Below, piece after piece: positions 58,192 through 64,000 of a stretch of DNA of 64,000 bases (its first letter is position 1; the number at the start of each line of letters is the position of its first letter). This stretch comes from an uncultured bacterium. GTDB taxonomy: Bacteria > Fidelibacterota > JAANXI01. A program made the translations under genes and the position numbers. The DNA is taken from positions 15,336 through 79,335 of the forward strand of contig CAYPST010000003.1 of assembly GCA_964413425.1 (NCBI GenBank). The letters are read 5' to 3'. Below the pieces are notes generated by a model. The model made no database searches. It saw only the letters and a list, made by a program, of their open reading frames with translations, and was not told the DNA's origin.

Positions 58192-59682
58192 ATGGCTGCC
58201 AAAAAACGATTTATCGCTTTTGATCTGGGTGCGGAAAGCGGTCGATGTGTGGTCGGCGAACTGAGTGACCGAAAACTCCGGTTGCACGAAGTCCACCGGT
58301 TTACCACCCCTTCCATTGAGTGTATGGGGCATTTTTACTGGAATGTGTTAGGCATTTACCAGGAGCTGGAGAAGGGATTAAGTAATGCGGTCAGTGAATT
58401 CGGAGATACATTTGACGGCGTGAGCCTCGACACCTGGGGAGTCGACTATGTGTTACTGGATCCCGATGGGCGTCTGCTGGGCTACCCCTACCATTATCGC
58501 GACAGCAGAACAGATGATATGATCCGGAAGGCCTCTGAAACCCTGCCCAGAGCAGAAATCTATCACCATACCGGGATCCAGTTTATGCAGTTTAATACCC
58601 TGTTTCAATTTGTGGCGGAGCAACAGCAGCAGTTGAATCTTCTGGAAATTGCAGATCGGTTCCTGCCGGTTCCGAATTATCTGTTATACCTGTTGTCCGG
58701 GGAGATGAAGGCGGAATATACGCATGCGTCCACCTCCCAGATGTGCAATCCGCGCACCCGGGATTGGTCCTGGGAGTTGATTGAGGCATTCGGGTTTCCG
58801 GGCGCAATTTTCCCGGAGATGGTTGAGCCGGGAACTCAGATTGGTACCATTCATCCCCCGCTTGCGGAGAAAACCGGCATCTCCCCTGACACGCCCGTGA
58901 TAGCCACTGCCACGCATGATACGGCCGCAGCGGTGGTGTCAATGCCGGCCCCAGGTGATCACTGGGCGTATTTGAGCTCCGGTACCTGGTCGTTAATGGG
59001 AGTGGAACTGGAGGCGCCGTTGATCACTGAGAATTCATTGCAATATAATTATACCAATGAAGGCGGAGCGGAAGGAACCACCCGGTTCCTGAAAAATATT
59101 ATGGGATTATGGCCCCTCCAGGAAACTAAACGGTATTGGGAGGAACAGGGGAAAGAGTATACCTACGACGAATTACAATCTCTGGCCGCTGAAACCGATC
59201 CCGCTGAGGCCTGGGTTGACGTGAATGATAATCGCTTTTTGAAACCGGGAAATATGCCGGAGAAAATCCTCACCTTTCTCGAAGAAACCGGCCAGAGTTA
59301 TCGGGAGGAAGACGATTGGATTGTCCGGTGTATTCTGGAAAGTCTGGCAATCAAATATCGTCAGACGGTGAAGGAATTGGAAGAGCTGACCGGCCACACC
59401 ATTCAGCGGCTGCATGCTGTGGGAGGCGGGATTCAGAACGAATTGCTCAATCAGTTGACCGCGGATGCCATTGGTCGGCCTGTGATTGCGGGACCGGTGG
59501 AAGGAACGGCGGCGGGGAATATCGGAGTGCAGGCTATCGCATCGGGCGCCATCGAGGATCTGGCCGCATTCAGAGAGGTGGTCGCACACTCCTTTCCCAC
59601 CAGTACATATCGTCCGAAAAATGCCGAGTACTGGGACAGGCAGGAGGAGAATTTTTTCGCCCTCCTGCAGAAGAACGCATGA
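58192..59682 (+). CDS. FGGY-family sugar kinase, rhamnulokinase-type (probable L-fuculokinase of this locus)
   Basis: IAFDLGAESGRCVVGEL...LHEVHRF closely follows the RhaB N-terminus (vAvDlGAsSGRvml...l.eihRF). FGGY C-terminal domain (HAVGGGIQNELLNQLTADA.GRPV.AGP.E). 496 aa. E. coli FucK is a different FGGY branch. Bacteroidota fuc loci use this RhaB-like type. Confidence 0.75.
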   Translation: MAAKKRFIAFDLGAESGRCVVGELSDRKLRLHEVHRFTTPSIECMGHFYWNVLGIYQELEKGLSNAVSEFGDTFDGVSLDTWGVDYVLLDPDGRLLGYPYHYRDSRTDDMIRKASETLPRAEIYHHTGIQFMQFNTLFQFVAEQQQQLNLLEIADRFLPVPNYLLYLLSGEMKAEYTHASTSQMCNPRTRDWSWELIEAFGFPGAIFPEMVEPGTQIGTIHPPLAEKTGISPDTPVIATATHDTAAAVVSMPAPGDHWAYLSSGTWSLMGVELEAPLITENSLQYNYTNEGGAEGTTRFLKNIMGLWPLQETKRYWEEQGKEYTYDELQSLAAETDPAEAWVDVNDNRFLKPGNMPEKILTFLEETGQSYREEDDWIVRCILESLAIKYRQTVKELEELTGHTIQRLHAVGGGIQNELLNQLTADAIGRPVIAGPVEGTAAGNIGVQAIASGAIEDLAAFREVVAHSFPTSTYRPKNAEYWDRQEENFFALLQKNA

Positions 59683-59768
59683 AAACCGGGAAGGGAGCTG
59701 AACTCGGAGACCTTCTCTGATATAGCCCTGAAGTTGGTTGTGGTGACATCCGGAAGTACATTAAATCA

Positions 59769-62252
59769 ATGCGGATAACCAATGGAGTTGCCAGAATGAA
59801 CCGGATTACATCAATTTCTCATCTGGGATGGTTGCTGCTGGTAGGGGTAATTCTGTGGCCGCATCCCTTTGCGGGTGCGTCAGAATCTCTGAAATTATGG
59901 TACGATGAGCCGGCGGAGGAGTGGGTGGAAGCCCTGCCGCTCGGGAATGGCCGCATCGGTGCCATGGTGTTCGGCGGCGTCCGGCAGGAGTGCATCCGCT
60001 TGAACGAGGAAAGTTTGTGGGCGGGAGTGCCGGTCGATACCCATCCGCCCGAGTTTCGGGAACACCTTCCGGAGATACAACAGGCGCTGCTTCAGGGGGA
60101 GTATCAGCGAGCCTATACTTTGCTGGAACGATATGGAACACAAAGGCCTACCTCCTACCGTTCGTATGAACCACTGGGCGATTTACTCTTTTCCACAGAT
60201 GACATCGAAGAAATAGACCGATACCGGCGTGCGCTGGATTTAAACACCGGCATTGCCCGAGTGTCCTTCGCATCAGAGGGAGTCACTCATCAGCGCGAAA
60301 TATTTATCTCTGCCACCGATGACGTGCTCGCTGCCCGGTTGTGGACATCCGAACCCCGGGCGCTCTCGGTCGGGATTGGATTGAAACGCTCTGAAGATGC
60401 TCGAACCATCGTTGAAGATTCTCGCACGGTGATTTTACGTGGACAGGTCATCGATGAAGCGCCGCCAACAGACCCCGAACCGAACCCCGGGGGATCGGGT
60501 CCGCTGGGAGCACATATGCGGTTCGCGGCGGCACTGCGCATCATTCCGGAGGGGGGCACCGTTACTGTCGGTGACTCGATGCTCTATGTTGAAGATGCAG
60601 ATGCTGTGACCCTCCTTCTGTCCGCGGCAACCGATTATGATCTCACTACCATGGATTTTGACCGTCAGAGGGAGCCGGAGCGGGCGGCGAAGAGATTAGT
60701 CAGCAAGGCAGCGAGGAAGCCATATTCGGTATTGCGGCGCCATCATATCGCCGAGCATCAGGAGATGTTTCAACGGGTCCGGCTGGATTTGGGCGGAGAT
60801 GATCGATCACACCTCACCACGGATGATCGACTGGAGGCTGTGAAGAATGGTCTGGAGGATCACGGACTCGTATCGCTGTATTTTGACTACGGCCGGTACC
60901 TGCTGATGGGTAGTTCCCGGTACCCGGCCCGTCTCCCGGCCAATTTGCAGGGGATCTGGAATGGCGAAATGTGGGCGCCCTGGGAGTCCGATTATCACCT
61001 GAATATCAATCTTCAGATGAATTACTGGCCGGAGAGTGCGGGGAATCTGCCCGAAACGATCATTCCGTATGTAAACTTTGTTGCCGCCCTGGCGGAACAC
61101 GGGAAGGAAACCGCCCGCAGAATGTATGGAGCAGATGGGTGGGTAGCGCATCACTGCACCAACATCTTCGGACGAACCACGCCCGGCGGTTCCACGCTGG
61201 AATCACAAATAAACAATGGATATTTTCCCCTCGCCGGCGCCTGGACGGTCCTGCCACTCTGGCGGCATTACCAGTTCTATGGAGATCGGGCCTTACTGGC
61301 AGAACGGATATACCCCTTGATGTGCGGTGCAGCGGAATTTGTGCTCAATTTTCTCATCGAAGATCCACAGGGCAGACTGGTCACCGCACCGTCGCACTCC
61401 CCGGAAAATATGTTTCTCGATCCCGAAACCGGCGAACCGCAGCGACTCACTGTGGCAGCGGCCATGGATATCGAAATTATCCATGAATTATTCACCGCCT
61501 GTATTGAAGCGGCAGACATCCTCGAAGTTGATCAGCAATTTCAGGATCAGCTGAGATCGGCACTTCGGAAATTGCCACCGCTTCAGATAAGCGCTGATGG
61601 AACCCTGCAAGAATGGATAGAAGATTATAAAGAAGAAGATCCCGGCCATCGGCATATTTCACACCTGTTCGGATTGTATCCCGGCGCCATGATTACGCCG
61701 GAGAAACCGGAGTTGATTGAAGCGGCAGGGAAAACACTTGAAAGACGGCTGGCACACGGCGGGGGACACACCGGCTGGAGCCGGGCCTGGATTATCAGCC
61801 TGTTTGCACGCCTCCACCAATCCGAACGCGCTTATGAGAATGTACTGGCGCTTCTGCGTCAATCAACACTGCCAAATTTATTTGATACCCACCCCCCGTT
61901 TCAGATCGATGGGAATTTCGGCGGGACGGCCGGAATAGCGGAAATGCTGCTGCAAAGCCATCGAGGAGAACTACAATTTCTCCCTGCACTGCCACAGGCC
62001 TGGGCAGACGGCGAAGTCACCGGTTTACGGGCACGGGGCGGATTCGAGGTGGATCTTCTCTGGGAAGATGGCCGACTGACAGAGGCCATACTGCAATCCC
62101 ATAACGGCGGTTCATGCCGTGTTCGTTCTCCGGTCATACTCCGGGTGGTTTCGAACGGACGGGTCGTAGAGTCTGCCACTCCGGAATCCGGGCTATATCA
62201 GTTCCCCACAAGGAAGGGCGAAAAATATATCCTTCGTCCTGCAGGTCAATGA
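59769..62252 (+). CDS. alpha-1,2-L-fucosidase, GH95
   Basis: Signal peptide. [30 protein letters not shown]...[11 protein letters not shown] is the GH95 N-terminal signature. 827 aa with the (alpha/alpha)6 catalytic region ([12 protein letters not shown]..., GHTGWSRAW). Confidence 0.85.
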   Translation: MRITNGVARMNRITSISHLGWLLLVGVILWPHPFAGASESLKLWYDEPAEEWVEALPLGNGRIGAMVFGGVRQECIRLNEESLWAGVPVDTHPPEFREHLPEIQQALLQGEYQRAYTLLERYGTQRPTSYRSYEPLGDLLFSTDDIEEIDRYRRALDLNTGIARVSFASEGVTHQREIFISATDDVLAARLWTSEPRALSVGIGLKRSEDARTIVEDSRTVILRGQVIDEAPPTDPEPNPGGSGPLGAHMRFAAALRIIPEGGTVTVGDSMLYVEDADAVTLLLSAATDYDLTTMDFDRQREPERAAKRLVSKAARKPYSVLRRHHIAEHQEMFQRVRLDLGGDDRSHLTTDDRLEAVKNGLEDHGLVSLYFDYGRYLLMGSSRYPARLPANLQGIWNGEMWAPWESDYHLNINLQMNYWPESAGNLPETIIPYVNFVAALAEHGKETARRMYGADGWVAHHCTNIFGRTTPGGSTLESQINNGYFPLAGAWTVLPLWRHYQFYGDRALLAERIYPLMCGAAEFVLNFLIEDPQGRLVTAPSHSPENMFLDPETGEPQRLTVAAAMDIEIIHELFTACIEAADILEVDQQFQDQLRSALRKLPPLQISADGTLQEWIEDYKEEDPGHRHISHLFGLYPGAMITPEKPELIEAAGKTLERRLAHGGGHTGWSRAWIISLFARLHQSERAYENVLALLRQSTLPNLFDTHPPFQIDGNFGGTAGIAEMLLQSHRGELQFLPALPQAWADGEVTGLRARGGFEVDLLWEDGRLTEAILQSHNGGSCRVRSPVILRVVSNGRVVESATPESGLYQFPTRKGEKYILRPAGQ

Positions 62253-62694
62253 TTTTTTTGCGGAGGATTGATTCACTCAGCAGTGTTTCGTTTATTTACA
62301 GTCTGATGCTGTTGCGCTATAACCGCTGGGATTTCTCCCAAGGTTCGATTTCGTGATGCACGCAGAATCCTGTGCACTACTCGAGGACAGAAACCCTGCT
62401 ACTCTGTCTGCTGAGGTCCGGCTCCCGTATCCACTCTCCCCCATGTCATCCCGAATCCCTGTTCTTCAGGGGTGAGGGATCTCTGTCGGTGATAGGAAGG
62501 AACGGTTCCCCGACTCCCAGGGGAGATGCAATGACGGTTCACGTCATTCCCTGTTCTGGCGTTCTTTGTCCCGTCGTCACGGCATCTCTTCGAGGTAAAT
62601 CTGTGGCTTTTATCCTCGTCTCAAAGAATCATCTTGCATTCGTACATATAAGGAAATACATTCTAAGTACATTCGAAAGAACATCGAAATTATA

Positions 62695-63456
62695 ATGACA
62701 ATAATTGATAACCTCTCCGAAAGGCGCCGTCAAGTTCTCAGCATGTTAGCCGAGGATATTGGGATTTCGGTTGCCGAGATGAGTAACCGGCTGGATGTTT
62801 CCGAAGTCACCATTCGCAATGATTTGAAGAGCCTGGAAGAACGCGGGTATGTGATGCGGACCGGTGGCGGAGTCCTCCCGACCCTGCATCAGAATGTATT
62901 CGAACGGCTGAAGACACAAACCGACCAAAAAAACCGGATCGCGAAAGCTGCTGCTGGATTGGTGGAGGACGGGGATACCATTATGATTGAGGCCGGGACG
63001 ACCACGGCTCTGGTGGCGAAATATCTGCTGGGGAAACGGGATGTCCATGTGGTGACGACGTCCACCCTGATCATTCCGTATGCCCGGATTAATCCGGGAT
63101 TGCATCTCACCGTAACGGGGGGTGATTTTCGTCCACTGACGGAATCGTTTGTCGGTCCTATTGCTCTGAGTCAACTGGAGCAATTTCATGTCAGAATGGC
63201 GTTTGTGGGGACTGATGGCTTCACAATCGAAAAAGGTCTCACCACCCATTTGATTGAAGGCGCCGAAATTGTGCGGAAAATGGCGGTGCAGGCCCGGGAA
63301 ACCATTCTGGTTGCCGATTCCGGCAAATATGGGAAAACCGGTTTTGTGAAAGTCCTCCCCGTTGATGGAGTCTCCCGGATGATAACTGATACCGAGCTGG
63401 ACAGCGATCAAATTGAACGCATCCGGGCACTGGGTGTGGCTGTCCAGGTGACATAA
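62695..63456 (+). CDS. DeoR/GlpR-family transcriptional regulator (FucR-like)
   Basis: N-terminal HTH RRRQVLSMLAEDIGISVAEMSNRLDVSEVTIRNDLKSLEERGYVMRTGGG, C-terminal DeoR sugar-phosphate-binding domain. 253 aa. E. coli FucR belongs to this family. Confidence 0.8.
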   Translation: MTIIDNLSERRRQVLSMLAEDIGISVAEMSNRLDVSEVTIRNDLKSLEERGYVMRTGGGVLPTLHQNVFERLKTQTDQKNRIAKAAAGLVEDGDTIMIEAGTTTALVAKYLLGKRDVHVVTTSTLIIPYARINPGLHLTVTGGDFRPLTESFVGPIALSQLEQFHVRMAFVGTDGFTIEKGLTTHLIEGAEIVRKMAVQARETILVADSGKYGKTGFVKVLPVDGVSRMITDTELDSDQIERIRALGVAVQVT

Positions 63457-63474
63457 ACAGGAGGAACACGAATT

Positions 63475-64000
63475 ATGGCGGAAGAAATACTCATGCCTCG
63501 TCAGGGGAATACGGTGGAATCCTGTATTCTCCTGGAGTGGAGAATAAAAGAAGGGGAAGAGGTAAGCGCCGGTGATATAGTGTGCGAGGTTGAGACCGAT
63601 AAAGCGGCCTTCGAGGTCGAATCGGATTTCAGCGGGACCGTGCTGAAATTGTTGCATGAGGAAGGTGAGGATGTCCCGGTGTTGGAACCTATCGCGGTCA
63701 TTGGTGAACCGGGTGAAGATATCAGCGAGTATGATGTTAAGAGTACAGCCACTTCCCCTGAAGCAGCGGAAGCAGCACCCGTAAAAGAACCGGAGGAGGA
63801 ACCAGCGGCCCCTGCACCCCGGCAACCGGAAGTTACAAGGGCTACCGGGGGAGATGGTGGCATTCTGGCGATATCTCCCCGGGCGAAAAATCTGGCGGAA
63901 GTCAAGGGAGTGGATTTTTCAGCCATTCAGGGAAGCGGGCCTGGCGGCAGAATCATTGAGAGAGATATACAGCGGGTATTGGGAGAAAGCGAACCGTTGA
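63475..64000 (+). CDS. 2-oxoacid dehydrogenase complex E2 component (dihydrolipoamide acyltransferase), N-terminal part; continues beyond the window
   Basis: Lipoyl domain (VCEVETDKAAFEVESDFSGTV, lipoyl-Lys in ETDKA). An Ala/Pro/Glu linker. Peripheral-subunit-binding domain (ISPRAKNLAEVKGVDFSAIQGSGPGGRIIERDI). RBS AGGAGG. Confidence 0.8.
   Translation, partial: MAEEILMPRQGNTVESCILLEWRIKEGEEVSAGDIVCEVETDKAAFEVESDFSGTVLKLLHEEGEDVPVLEPIAVIGEPGEDISEYDVKSTATSPEAAEAAPVKEPEEEPAAPAPRQPEVTRATGGDGGILAISPRAKNLAEVKGVDFSAIQGSGPGGRIIERDIQRVLGESEPL

Noticed and set aside
62372-62695. 107-aa + strand ORF upstream of the DeoR-family gene
   Set aside because: Low-complexity (Ser/Leu/Arg/Pro) product, no RBS, and it spans the degenerate repeat relic. 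Treated as non-coding.
1-64000. Autonomous transposon, IS element, prophage or defence system (restriction-modification, toxin-antitoxin, abortive infection)
   Set aside because: No transposase, integrase, phage structural, nuclease/methylase or toxin-like ORFs were recognised. The only mobile-DNA signal is the non-autonomous MITE-like family.

Overview
This 64-kb window is bacterial chromosome, about 52% GC, from a Gram-negative organism with an outer membrane. It has LPS genes, a TonB-dependent receptor, a cargo protein with a type IX secretion (T9SS) C-terminal sorting domain and many twin-arginine signals, which fits an FCB-group lineage (Bacteroidota, Ignavibacteriota, Calditrichota, Gemmatimonadota or similar). 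Nearly every gene is on the + strand. In order the window holds: (1) a conserved kdsA'-kdsC-kdsD-lptC-like-lptB-rpoN block followed by hslVU and an ornithine carbamoyltransferase; (2) a signalling island of two stand-alone HDOD proteins, a PAS hybrid histidine kinase/receiver and an EAL-HDOD protein with degenerate EAL motifs; (3) galM, a cytoplasmic Gfo/Idh/MocA oxidoreductase, and a divergent arsR-arsM pair; (4) an AhpD-like (carboxymuconolactone-decarboxylase family) gene whose redox CxxC motif reads C-x-x-UGA, i.e. a probable selenocysteine protein; (5) a CRTAC1/ASPIC-UnbV FG-GAP protein with a membrane partner, a nitroreductase, an unknown twin-arginine-exported 522-aa protein, five tandem twin-arginine-exported Gfo/Idh/MocA (GH109-like) oxidoreductases and a xylose-isomerase-fold lipoprotein, which together look like a periplasmic oxidative glycoside-cleaving system; (6) a large fucoside utilisation locus with a TonB-dependent receptor, a T9SS cargo protein and an outer-membrane barrel, eight GH29 and one GH95 fucosidase, fucU, fucI, fucP, a rhamnulokinase-type sugar kinase, a LacI and a DeoR regulator; (7) the 5' part of a 2-oxoacid dehydrogenase E2 gene. 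Two unusually long non-coding islands (32124-33597 and 46084-46915) and several shorter intergenic regions carry a family of small MITE-like elements with about 16-nt terminal inverted repeats, a second imperfect-palindrome repeat family, strong terminators and a 36-bp near-perfect palindrome. No rRNA, tRNA, CRISPR array or transposase gene was recognised.
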